A stretch of 64,000 bases of DNA. Origin: an uncultured Gemmatimonadaceae bacterium (GTDB lineage: Bacteria > Gemmatimonadota > Gemmatimonadetes > Gemmatimonadales > Gemmatimonadaceae). Shown piece after piece: positions 1 through 9,091 of the stretch; the stretch's first letter is position 1, and each line of letters opens with the position of its first letter. Made by a program: the position numbers and the translations under genes. The DNA lies in NCBI GenBank assembly GCA_963781585.1, contig CAWAGQ010000008.1, forward strand, positions 352,001 to 416,000, written 5' to 3'. Under the pieces are notes generated by a model. It had not been told where the DNA came from. It ran no database searches and saw nothing but the letters and a program-made list of their open reading frames with translations.

Positions 1-2
1 CG

Positions 3-137
3 CGAGTGGCTGGTGATCGAGCCCCCTATCGCGTGCGGATCGGCCGATTCGTGACCCGACAAGAGGCGGCGGCGGAGCTGGCGCGCGTGCGCAGAACGAG
101 TCCGAAGGCGATTGTTGTCGAGGCAGAGCCACAATGA
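3..137 (+). CDS. C-terminal fragment of a probable SPOR-domain protein (gene begins before the window)
   Basis: Frame 3 reads RVAGDRAPYRVRIGRFVTRQEAAAELARVRRTSPKAIVVEAEPQ*; YRVRIGxF..R..A is SPOR-like; stop overlaps the mutS ATG (ATGA). Confidence 0.6.
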   Translation, partial: RVAGDRAPYRVRIGRFVTRQEAAAELARVRRTSPKAIVVEAEPQ

Positions 138-2782
138 CACGGGACGCCACGCCGCTGATGCAGCAGTATCAGGAAATAAAGGCGCGTCATGAGAACGCGA
201 TCCTGATGTTCCGGATGGGCGATTTCTACGAGATGTTCTACGATGACGCCGAGGTCGCCGCACGGGTCCTTGGATTGACACTCACCTCGCGAAATAACGG
301 CGGTGCTTCAGAGGTCCCGCTAGCCGGGGTGCCGGTGAAGGCGGTGAGCGAATACCTGCGCCGTCTGGTGCAGCAGGGCTACCGCGTGGCGATTTGCGAA
401 CAGGTGGAAGATCCGAAGTACGCGAAGGGGATTGTGCGGCGTGCGGTCGTCGAGACCGTGACACCAGGCGCTGCGTTTTCCGATGACCTGCTCCGGTCAG
501 ACCACAACAATTTCCTATGCGCGTTGCAAGTCGAGGGGGATACGCTCGGAATTGCTGCCGCGGATGTCTCGACCGGCACGTTTCAGCTGGCTGTGGCGGG
601 GCGCCGTGACTGGAGTGCCTCACTGGCGAGGTTCGCACCGCGCGAGGTGCTGCTCGCGCGTGGATCGAAGGTGCTGGACACCGACATGCAAATGGGCAGC
701 GCGCTGGTCACCGAGCGCGAGGCTTGGGAGTTCGACTCTGCTCTGGCCAAGGACGAGCTGGGACGCCAGTTCGCTATGCATGCCATCGATGGCCTCGGGC
801 TCGAGGGGGAGGCCGAATCGGCGCTCGGCGCTGCGGGGGCGCTCGTCCGATATCTTCGGGAGCTCCAACCAGGTGGGGTGCCGCATCTCATGCGGCCGGT
901 TTTCGAGCGCGATGGTCAGATGATGCCGCTCGACGAGATGACACGTCGCAACCTGGAACTTGTCGATTCGCTTCGGACGTCAGGAGATGCACCGGAAAGC
1001 CGGGCGGAAGCGGAGCAATCCGGGACGCTCCTCGGCGTTCTCGATCGCACGCTGACAGGGATGGGCGCGCGACTCTTGCGTCAATGGATGCTGGCGCCGC
1101 TGCTGACGAAGACGTCGGTCGATGCCCGACTCGACGGAGTTGCTGCCTTGGTCAGTTCGCCGATTGCGCGGGCCGCACTGCGGAGCGAGCTGGACCAGGT
1201 CCGCGACATCGAGCGGCTGGCGAGCAAAGCAGCTGCGGGCCGCTCCACTCCCCGCGAGTTGCGCGCGCTCGGCGACTCCCTCGCTCACCTGCCTGCGGTG
1301 GCCGCCCGGGCGCGTGATGCCGGCGAGGCCGGCGCGTTGGGTCCGGTGCTCGTGGCGTGGGACGACTGCGCTGACGTGGCGGAGGATGTCCACGCAACAC
1401 TAGTGGATCGGCCGGGAAGCGCGGTGGGTGATGGCGATGTGGTGCGACGCGGCGTCGATGAGATGCTGGATGAGTTGCGCGCGCTGCGCGACGGCGGCAA
1501 GGAGTCCATCGCGCGGATCCAGACAGCCGAGCGCGCGCGGACCGGCATTCCGTCGCTGAAGGTCGGGTACAACAAGGTCTTCGGATATTTCATCGAAGTG
1601 ACCAACGCCAACCGCCATCTCATTCCGGACGATTATCAGCGTCGTCAGACGCTAAGCGGGGCCGAGCGGTACGTGACGCCCGCCCTGAAGGAGTTCGAGG
1701 AGAAGGTTCTGACCGCGACCGAGCAGATAGAGGCGCGCGAAGCAGAACTGTTCGAGAACCTCCGGCGTCGGGTGGGCGCGCACGTCAGGCGGTTGCAGCC
1801 GGCGGCGGGACGGGTGGCGGTGCTCGACGTCCTGGCCAGCCTGGCAGAGGTCGCAGCCAGCGAAGGGTATACGCGTCCGGAAATCGAGGATGGGTTCGAT
1901 CTCGAGATCGTGGGAGGGCGTCACCCGGTGGTGGAGCGGATGATGGCACGGGAGCGCTTCATACCGAACGACGTGCATCTGCCCAACGATGCGCGCATGA
2001 TGATTCTGACGGGGCCGAACATGTCGGGAAAATCAACGATCCTCCGTCAGGTGGGCCTGATCGTGTTGATGGCGCAGATGGGAAGCTTTGTACCGGCGAG
2101 TCGGGCGCGAATCGGACTGGTGGATCGGGTCTTCACGCGCGTTGGGGCAAGCGACAATCTGGTGCGGGGGCAGTCGACGTTCATGGTCGAGATGTCGGAA
2201 ACCAGCGCGATTCTCCACGCAGCGACGGCTCGCAGTCTCGTCCTGCTGGATGAGATCGGCCGCGGCACCTCGACCTACGACGGCGTTTCGATCGCCTGGG
2301 CCGTCAGCGAGTATCTGCACGACCGGATCGGCGCGAAGACGATCTTCGCGACGCACTATCACGAACTGACACAACTGGCTGACGAATTAGTATCACTGCG
2401 TAACTATAATGTGACCGTTCGTGAAGTGGGCGACGCGGTGGTCTTCCTGCACCGGCTGCAACCTGGGGGCGCCGACCGTTCCTACGGGATCGAGGTGGGG
2501 AGATTGGCCGGTTTGCCGGCGCCGGTCCTCGATCGTGCGCGCGAGGTCCTGCGGCTTCTCGAAGGCGAGCAATTGGCGGCCCGTCTGCAGGAGAGCACAG
2601 GTGCGACCCGGTCGGACGCGGACGGGCCGGCGGGATCCGGGGCGGACCGAGCGGCACAGCTGCCCCTCTTTGCGGCGCGCGAGCACCCGGTTGTCGAGCG
2701 CCTTCGCGGTCTGCGCCCCGAACGGACCACTCCTCTCGATGCCCTGCAGGTGCTGGATGAACTGGTACGGATGGTACAATGA
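134..2782 (+). CDS. mutS: DNA mismatch repair protein MutS
   Basis: TPLMQQY, FRMGDFYEMF, Walker A TGPNMSGKST, DEIGRGTSTYDG, FATHYHEL, SYGIEV. Confidence 0.98.
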   Translation: MTRDATPLMQQYQEIKARHENAILMFRMGDFYEMFYDDAEVAARVLGLTLTSRNNGGASEVPLAGVPVKAVSEYLRRLVQQGYRVAICEQVEDPKYAKGIVRRAVVETVTPGAAFSDDLLRSDHNNFLCALQVEGDTLGIAAADVSTGTFQLAVAGRRDWSASLARFAPREVLLARGSKVLDTDMQMGSALVTEREAWEFDSALAKDELGRQFAMHAIDGLGLEGEAESALGAAGALVRYLRELQPGGVPHLMRPVFERDGQMMPLDEMTRRNLELVDSLRTSGDAPESRAEAEQSGTLLGVLDRTLTGMGARLLRQWMLAPLLTKTSVDARLDGVAALVSSPIARAALRSELDQVRDIERLASKAAAGRSTPRELRALGDSLAHLPAVAARARDAGEAGALGPVLVAWDDCADVAEDVHATLVDRPGSAVGDGDVVRRGVDEMLDELRALRDGGKESIARIQTAERARTGIPSLKVGYNKVFGYFIEVTNANRHLIPDDYQRRQTLSGAERYVTPALKEFEEKVLTATEQIEAREAELFENLRRRVGAHVRRLQPAAGRVAVLDVLASLAEVAASEGYTRPEIEDGFDLEIVGGRHPVVERMMARERFIPNDVHLPNDARMMILTGPNMSGKSTILRQVGLIVLMAQMGSFVPASRARIGLVDRVFTRVGASDNLVRGQSTFMVEMSETSAILHAATARSLVLLDEIGRGTSTYDGVSIAWAVSEYLHDRIGAKTIFATHYHELTQLADELVSLRNYNVTVREVGDAVVFLHRLQPGGADRSYGIEVGRLAGLPAPVLDRAREVLRLLEGEQLAARLQESTGATRSDADGPAGSGADRAAQLPLFAAREHPVVERLRGLRPERTTPLDALQVLDELVRMVQ

Positions 2783-3276
2783 CCGATCGTACGCGCGGCC
2801 GGGTTGGAGGAGGGACGGGGGGAGCGCCAAGGGTGGCCGGATGGCCGGCGAGGCGATTGGCACGTGGTCTAGCTGGCAGCCTGGTGCTCATGCTGGGGCT
2901 TGCGTGCGCTGATGCGCGGCGTACGTGGGATCGCTTCCGCGGCGGTGACGAGGCGGTACAGCTTCCGGCACTGCTGAACGAGGATTTGCCGTTTCGCTAT
3001 CCACCGGACCTATACATGCTGCAGGTACAAGACAACGTGACGTTGCGGCTGCATATCGATTCGCTTGGCATGGTGGTGCCGGAATCCACGGTGATCGCAG
3101 AGCACGCGGCCAGCGCGGCCTTCGATGCGGCGGCACTTGCGGGTGCCGCGCATTTGATTTTCCGGCCGGCGCGGCGGGGCGAGCGCCGGATCGGCTACAC
3201 GGTGCTCTTCCCGATCAAGTTTCGCGTGCCCGGTGCACGTCCCCTACCGGGTGATTCAGCGGCCACCAGACAATGA
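2779..3276 (+). CDS. TonB C-terminal domain protein, possibly a lipoprotein
   Basis: Hydrophobic stretch ending LGLAC; YPP...V.LRLHIDSLG.V...FDAAAL...FRPARR..PIKF is TonB_C-like; ATGA overlap with mutS. Confidence 0.7.
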   Translation: MTDRTRGRVGGGTGGAPRVAGWPARRLARGLAGSLVLMLGLACADARRTWDRFRGGDEAVQLPALLNEDLPFRYPPDLYMLQVQDNVTLRLHIDSLGMVVPESTVIAEHAASAAFDAAALAGAAHLIFRPARRGERRIGYTVLFPIKFRVPGARPLPGDSAATRQ

Positions 3277-3313
3277 CGCTGCCCCATCCGGTTCTCGCAC
3301 CCGGAGCCGTTCA

Positions 3314-4732
3314 ATGACTTCTTCGACTTTGACTCCGCCATCTGTGACGCGGAACCGCACGCCGTATGAATCGGTGCTGGAGACGATCGGCTGGACGCCG
3401 CTGATCCGTCTTACGAGAGTCACGCGTGGCATGCACACCCCGGTGTACGGCAAGGCGGAGTTCTTCAATCCGGGCGGATCCCTCAAGGATCGCATCGGCC
3501 TGCCCATCATCGAGCAGGCCGAGCGCGAGGGACGACTCAAGCCGGGTGGGGTGATTGTCGAAGGGACCAGCGGCAACACAGGTGTTGGTCTGGCGATCGC
3601 AGCGGCGATCAAGGGGTATCGTTGCGTATTCACGCTGCCGGACAAGATGTCCCAGGAGAAGGTCCGGTTGCTGAAGGCGTTCGGGGCCGAGGTGATCATT
3701 ACACCGACTGCGGTCCCCCCGGACCATCCCGACAACTACGTGATGGTCGCGAAGCGTATCGCGGCGGAGACGCCGAATGCGGTTCTCGCGAATCAATTCT
3801 ACAACCAGGCCAATCCAGCTACGCACTACGCGACGACCGGGCCGGAGCTGTGGGAACAGTCGGAAGGGCGAATCACGCACTTCGTTTCGGCGGCTGGCAC
3901 CGGGGGTAACCTGACCGGTGTGGGCCGCTATCTGAAGGAGCGGAATCCCCGGGTTCAGATAATCGCCGGTGACCCACAGGGCTCGATACTGGCGGAGCAG
4001 TGGCGCAGCCAGGGGCAGTCGAGTGTCGAGGGAGCACCCTACAAGGTGGAGGGCGTGGGCCAGGACAAGCTTCCCGGAACGCTCGATATGAGCGTGATCG
4101 ACGAGTTTCAGACGGTGAGCGACAAGGATGCGTTCGCGATGGCTCGGCGCCTGACACGCGAGGAGGGATTGTTCGTGGGCGGGTCCAGCGGACTCATCAC
4201 CTGCGTGGCGCTGAGCGTCGCGCGGCGCGTGAACGATCCCAAGGCGTTTGTGGTGACACTGCTGTGCGACACAGGGGAGCGTTACTTGTCGAAGCTCTAC
4301 AACGATGAATGGATGCGTGAGAACCAGTTGCTGAATGTCGAGCGCGTCACGCTGGAACACGTCCTCCTGGGGAAGCTGGACGGGATGACGGCCGTGGTGA
4401 GTGCGACGCCGGGAGCGACGGTACGGCAGGCGCTACGGTTGATGACGTTGCACGACGTGTCGCAGTTGCCGGTGATGGATGGTACAACCTGCGTAGGGTC
4501 GGTGAGCGAGGCATCGCTAACGGCACGGGCGCTGGAACGACCCGACCTGCTGGATGCCGTCGTGAGCGACGCGATGGACGCTCCCTTTCCCATCGTTGAT
4601 GCAGCGATGCCAGCGGACGCGGTGGCCAAGGTGCTCTCGAAGAGCAACCCGGCGGTGCTCGTGCAGACCCAGGGCGCAGTGGAGGGAATCGTGACGCGCT
4701 CGGATCTGCTGCATTTCATGATGTCACGCTGA
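3314..4732 (+). CDS. Cystathionine beta-synthase family PLP enzyme with C-terminal CBS pair
   Basis: IGWTPL, KAEFFNPGGSLKDR, TSGNTG, GTGG, VEGVG, GGSSG, DTGERYLSK, then two CBS domains. Confidence 0.92.
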   Translation: MTSSTLTPPSVTRNRTPYESVLETIGWTPLIRLTRVTRGMHTPVYGKAEFFNPGGSLKDRIGLPIIEQAEREGRLKPGGVIVEGTSGNTGVGLAIAAAIKGYRCVFTLPDKMSQEKVRLLKAFGAEVIITPTAVPPDHPDNYVMVAKRIAAETPNAVLANQFYNQANPATHYATTGPELWEQSEGRITHFVSAAGTGGNLTGVGRYLKERNPRVQIIAGDPQGSILAEQWRSQGQSSVEGAPYKVEGVGQDKLPGTLDMSVIDEFQTVSDKDAFAMARRLTREEGLFVGGSSGLITCVALSVARRVNDPKAFVVTLLCDTGERYLSKLYNDEWMRENQLLNVERVTLEHVLLGKLDGMTAVVSATPGATVRQALRLMTLHDVSQLPVMDGTTCVGSVSEASLTARALERPDLLDAVVSDAMDAPFPIVDAAMPADAVAKVLSKSNPAVLVQTQGAVEGIVTRSDLLHFMMSR

Positions 4733-4868
4733 ATCGCGGCGTCATGGGTTTGATTCGCGTCTTCTGGTACCGCGTGACGCGGGTCGACACGGTCCGGCGG
4801 GTGGGGCGATCCCACTTGTCTGTTCGTGGTCGCGTCGCACGCAACGAAACCGTACGCTGCGTCGCGAC

Positions 4869-5918
4869 GTGAAGATCACGGTGCTCATGGGCGGAACATC
4901 CGCCGAACGAGACGTCTCCATAGCTTCGGGGCTGCGTATCGCGCAGGCGTTGCGCGGCCGCGGTCACGAGGTGACGTCGCTTGATACTGTGCTTGGCGTG
5001 ATCGATGTGACGGAGGAGCGGGCGCTGCTCCATTCAGGTGTGGGAACGGCTCCCCCGTCGCTCGACACCCTGGCTTCGATGTCCCGGTCGGCGATCTGGC
5101 CAGCGTTGGGGTCGCTGCCCGTGATCCGGGAAGTGGACGTCGTCTTTCTCGCGCTTCACGGAGGGGACGGTGAGGATGGCACGCTCCAGGCGTTCTTTGA
5201 CCTGTGCGGGGTCCGATATACCGCCAGCGGACCCCTCGGTAGCGCGCTGGCAATGGACAAGGAGCTGTCCAAGAAGTTGTTTCGCGCGGACGGCATACGG
5301 ACGCCGGATTGGCTGATGGCGCCGACGGCGCGAGGAGCGGACCACGGCTGGGATTCGACCGCCTTTCTCGACACGGTCGACCAGCACTTGCGGTACCCGG
5401 TGATCGTGAAGCCGTCGAAACAGGGATCAACGGTGGGCCTAACGCTGGTGAAGAAGCGACCGGACCTTGTCGCGGCGATGGACGAGGCGTTTCGCTACGA
5501 CGATGAGGTCATGCTGGAGGAGTACATTCCCGGACGTGAACTGACGGTGACGATTCTTGGCGACTCGGCATTGCCGGTGGGGGAGATCATTCCGGAGCAC
5601 GAGATCTATGATTATGAGTGCAAGTACACGAAGGGCATGGCGGTAGAGGAATTCCCTGCCCGGCTTCCGCCGGAGCAGGCCCGTGTGGTTCAGGAAGAGG
5701 CGAAGCGCGCATTTGCATCGCTGAAGCTCCGGGGGTACGGGCGGATCGACTTCCGCCTGAGCCCGCAAGGTGGTTTTTTCTGTCTGGAGGCGAACACCCT
5801 TCCGGGGATGACGGAACTGAGTCTGGTGCCACAAGCAGCGGCCGCAGCGGGGATGTCATTTCCGGAGCTCTGCGAGCGCATCGTACAGCTTGCATTCAAC
5901 GACAGGGGCGATCGGTAA
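4869..5918 (+). CDS. ddl: D-alanine--D-alanine ligase
   Basis: GGTSAERDVS, LHGGDGEDG, GSTVG, YDYECKY, LEANTLPGMT. Confidence 0.95.
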   Translation: MKITVLMGGTSAERDVSIASGLRIAQALRGRGHEVTSLDTVLGVIDVTEERALLHSGVGTAPPSLDTLASMSRSAIWPALGSLPVIREVDVVFLALHGGDGEDGTLQAFFDLCGVRYTASGPLGSALAMDKELSKKLFRADGIRTPDWLMAPTARGADHGWDSTAFLDTVDQHLRYPVIVKPSKQGSTVGLTLVKKRPDLVAAMDEAFRYDDEVMLEEYIPGRELTVTILGDSALPVGEIIPEHEIYDYECKYTKGMAVEEFPARLPPEQARVVQEEAKRAFASLKLRGYGRIDFRLSPQGGFFCLEANTLPGMTELSLVPQAAAAAGMSFPELCERIVQLAFNDRGDR

Positions 5919-5919
5919 C

Positions 5920-6579
5920 ATGGGAGCCACACCGGTACTCGCTGCGGCCCTGGCCGGCATTCCGGCGGGCATACAGAGACAGGGCATCTGCGCTGGGCGG
6001 CGACAGCTATTCGTGCGGTTCGCCGGGCCGGCAGAGACCGCGCAGATGTACACGGCAGACGCATTGGCCCGTGAGCTGAATCGCGCCCTGTCGCGGACGG
6101 TATTCCATTCCGTGTGCGTCACGGGGCGGGACGCGCTGGGCAATCCGGAATTCCTAGCCGCCGCGTTTCGACAACTCCCGCCAGGATGCGAAATCGTGGT
6201 CGATACGGACGGGCAGCGTCCGGAGTCACTGGCCGCGTTGCAGCCATTTGTGAAGCTCCTGCAGCTGACGGTGGAGCCGCCAGTTTCGGCCGCCGTACTC
6301 GAGCGCGGGATGGAGACCATTCGCACGGCAGCCCGCGCCGGTTGCGCCCATGCTGTGACGATCGCCGGTACCGACGAGGCCAGTGACGCGGATTATCTAC
6401 AGATCGTCGAGTTGACGCATGACGCCAGTGCGGCGGCGGCGATCGTGATTCACCCCGGCCCAGGCGCGGAACGGGGAGCCCTGGACAAGCGTTGGAGCGT
6501 GCTCATGGAGCATGCCTCGTCCCGGCATCGCGACGTCAGGCTGGTGTCGCGGTTGACCGGGCCGTCGACCATGCGGTAG
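5920..6579 (+). CDS. QueE/NrdG-like radical-SAM-fold protein lacking the CxxxCxxC motif
   Basis: IQRQGICAGRRQLFVRFAG resembles QueE IQGEG..G...FVR.AG; SVCVTGRDAL resembles ITGGEPL; VDTDG resembles ETNG; cysteine triad absent. Confidence 0.65.
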   Translation: MGATPVLAAALAGIPAGIQRQGICAGRRQLFVRFAGPAETAQMYTADALARELNRALSRTVFHSVCVTGRDALGNPEFLAAAFRQLPPGCEIVVDTDGQRPESLAALQPFVKLLQLTVEPPVSAAVLERGMETIRTAARAGCAHAVTIAGTDEASDADYLQIVELTHDASAAAAIVIHPGPGAERGALDKRWSVLMEHASSRHRDVRLVSRLTGPSTMR

Positions 6580-6675
6580 CCGGCATTGGGTTGCAAACCG
6601 CGTCGTGAGGGTGGAGGAACAGATGTCCGACGGACGTGATAGAAGGATGGAAGTCTTCAGTCATTCCCGTGCCGC

Positions 6676-7593
6676 ATGACCGCCCTGTCTGTCGAAGATC
6701 TCGAAAGTTCGCGCCCTCCGCGCGCGGTGCAGTGGCTGATCGCGTTGAACGTCGCGGTCTTCTACCTGCAATGGAATCTCGTGGGCTCCGGCAACATGGA
6801 GCACGCGCTCGGCTTCACATCGCGGAACCTGTCCGACGCGCCGTGGACGGTGGTTTCGCTCGTGACGTACATGTTTGTGCATGCTGGCGTGTGGCAGCTG
6901 GTGCTGAACATGTACATGCTGTGGCTGTTTGGTCCCCGGCTCGAGCGTGTCTGGAGCGCCGGTGAATTCTCGCGCTACTACATCCTATGCGGCCTCGGGG
7001 GCTGGCTGTTCCATCTCCTGTTTGCGCGTGACAGTCTTCTGGTGGGGTCGTCGGCGGCGGTCCTGGGGGTGATGCTGGCGTATTCGGCGCGGTGGCCGGA
7101 CGACGAGGTATACCTGTTCGGCATGGTGCCGATACGGGCTCGGTGGCTCGCGCCGCTCATGGGCGGCGTGCTGGTGGGCGCCGGCATGATTGCTGGTGGG
7201 GACGCTGCTGGGACCGCGTATCTGGCGCACGTGGGCGGGCTTGCGGCCGGATGGCTGTATCTCCGGTCGTCGATGTCGACCAGCATCGACCGACTGCGGC
7301 AGCGGGTCTCACAGCTCCCCGATGTCCCGGAGGAATTGCCGCGCGCCATTCCCCGTTCGATGCCACGTGTGCGTGAGCGCGGTGGGGTGATAGACGACGT
7401 TGTCGCGCGGAGCAACGCTGCGCTCGGCCAACGGTCGGCCAAGGCGTCCCCGTCGCCTGGTCGGGAGGGGCGTCGGCTGACCGATCTCAACATGGTCCTG
7501 GACAAGATCTCGCAGCAGGGGATCGACAGCCTAACGAGCGACGAGCGCAAGCTGCTGGAGGAAATGTCGCAAGAATTGCGGCGGAAGGAATAA
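6676..7593 (+). CDS. Rhomboid intramembrane serine protease with C-terminal soluble (DUF6576-like) domain
   Basis: TYMFVH, NMYMLWLFG..LE, catalytic GSS and AHVGG; tail LDKISQQGIDSLTSDERKLL. Confidence 0.88.
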   Translation: MTALSVEDLESSRPPRAVQWLIALNVAVFYLQWNLVGSGNMEHALGFTSRNLSDAPWTVVSLVTYMFVHAGVWQLVLNMYMLWLFGPRLERVWSAGEFSRYYILCGLGGWLFHLLFARDSLLVGSSAAVLGVMLAYSARWPDDEVYLFGMVPIRARWLAPLMGGVLVGAGMIAGGDAAGTAYLAHVGGLAAGWLYLRSSMSTSIDRLRQRVSQLPDVPEELPRAIPRSMPRVRERGGVIDDVVARSNAALGQRSAKASPSPGREGRRLTDLNMVLDKISQQGIDSLTSDERKLLEEMSQELRRKE

Positions 7594-7866
7594 GGGGGAC
7601 CACCGCAAACTCGTCCTGGCGGTCGTGTTCCGCCACTGGCCGCAGACGTCGATCAGCCGGAGCACCCAAGAAAGAGCCCCCCGGACATGCCGGGGGGCGG
7701 GTGCCGCCACGCCGTTCTCGCGGCGGCGTCTGCTGGCGCATACGCGCCAGCTTCCGGAAGGTACGGATGGGTGCCCGGGCTGTCCATCCCGCGTGGCGCG
7801 ATTTCCGGAGGTGTGTGCGGCGGCCCGCAGCTGGCGTGACGAATACCGAGGATAGATTGTAGCGTC

Positions 7867-8280
7867 ATGCCCCAACCGGATCTCCTGGAGACCTTTCCCA
7901 ATCCCCACCCGGGCAGACCATACGAGGTTCATCTCGTCTGCACGGAGTTCACCTCGCTCTGTCCGATGGGAGGAGTGGAGAGCGACGCCGCCGAGCTGTC
8001 GCTGCTCAATGGAGGGGCGCCGGATTTCGGGGTCATCGACATCACGTACATTCCCGCCGAGCGATGCGTGGAGCTGAAGAGTCTAAAGCTGTATCTGTGG
8101 AGCTATCGAAACGACGGGGTTTTCTACGAGCGCGCCGTGAACCAGATCCTGGATGATCTCCAGGAGCGGCTGGTGCCGCAATGGATTCGCGTGACGGGAG
8201 ATTTCAACGTGCGCGGGGGAATCAAGTCGATCATCAGCGCAACGGCGGGAGCCCCACCAGTCGAGAACGAGCGTCGTTAG
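7867..8280 (+). CDS. queF: NADPH-dependent preQ0 reductase QueF (unimodular)
   Basis: LETFPNP, EFTSLCP...PDFG, QueF motif ELKSLKLY, FYE, RGGI. Confidence 0.92.
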   Translation: MPQPDLLETFPNPHPGRPYEVHLVCTEFTSLCPMGGVESDAAELSLLNGGAPDFGVIDITYIPAERCVELKSLKLYLWSYRNDGVFYERAVNQILDDLQERLVPQWIRVTGDFNVRGGIKSIISATAGAPPVENERR

Positions 8281-8414
8281 GCCGAGACGGGACCCGGCCT
8301 GGCCGGTCGTTCGGCTGCGGTGCGGGGTGGGCGAGCGCCAAGCCAAACCGGGTGCGCGCGATCGCCGGGACGACTTGGCGAGGTGCGTGGGGGCTGGTTA
8401 CGTTTCTCGCCTCC

Positions 8415-8487
8415 GGCTAGGTAGCTCAGTTGGTAGAGCAGCGGACTGAAAATCCGTGTGTCGGCAGTTCGATTCTGCCCCTAGCCA
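8415..8487 (+). tRNA. tRNA-Phe (GAA); CCA not encoded
   Basis: Acceptor GGCTAGG/CCTAGCC, D-arm GCTCAGTTGGTAGAGC, anticodon arm CGGA-CTGAAAA-TCCG, T-loop TTCGATT. Confidence 0.97.
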
Positions 8488-9060
8488 CTCCTCGAGCAGC
8501 CCGTCGGACGGTCCGATGGAGCCGTGCGCCCGCGGTCATGGTGGTGCCAACTGACTGAGGGCCGCGCGTCCTGGGCCGCGATCCGCGGACGAGGTGTGGC
8601 GCGCACATGCCCGGTGGTGGAACTGGAAGGACATCCGCGGCCGGTGCCAATCGAGAGAGACATCGCTGCGAGAGCGCCGGCGCGGGGGAAAAGCCTCGCG
8701 CAATACCTAACGTGGGTCGAGCAGGGAGCGCCTCGCAGCATGGGGTTCTGGCCGTTCCGCCCCGGATCGTCGGCATCACGTCCGCGTGTCTCGCGACATC
8801 GAGGGAACGCGGTGGAGGCCCGGGTCAGATGGGGAAGGCGGTGAAACGGTTTGTGGGGCAGCTGGGGCAACCGTGACTGAACTGACTGGCCCGCACGTCG
8901 ATCGGGCTGGTCCCGATCGAGCCTCCGTGCCGCTCGCTCACGCTGCGGGAAGCGCCGCCAATCCGGTGTCCGGCGGCACGCCGGGCCGGGTTCGAGGCGC
9001 CCGATCCGTCCACCCGCCAACGTGGTAACCGATTGTGCGCGAGGCCGCTGGTTGCACATG

Positions 9061-9081
9061 ATTATCGCAGAGTGAGAATAT
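9061..9081. promoter_or_regulatory. Imperfect 21-bp AT-rich palindrome, candidate repressor operator for pncB-pncA
   Basis: ATTATCGCAGAGTGAGAATAT, overlapping a possible promoter TTGCAC(9052)-N16-GAGAAT, 10 nt before the ATG. Confidence 0.35.
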
Positions 9082-9091
9082 TGCACGGCCG

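Noticed and set aside
2381..2412. AT-rich patch with TATAAT inside mutS as an internal promoter
   Set aside because: No correctly spaced -35, and downstream genes are already coupled to mutS
7594..7866. preQ1 riboswitch upstream of queF
   Set aside because: No recognisable stem-loop with A-rich tail; region is GC-rich
8488..9050. Integrated element or att site after tRNA-Phe
   Set aside because: No integrase, no duplicated tRNA 3-prime end seen, no composition shift
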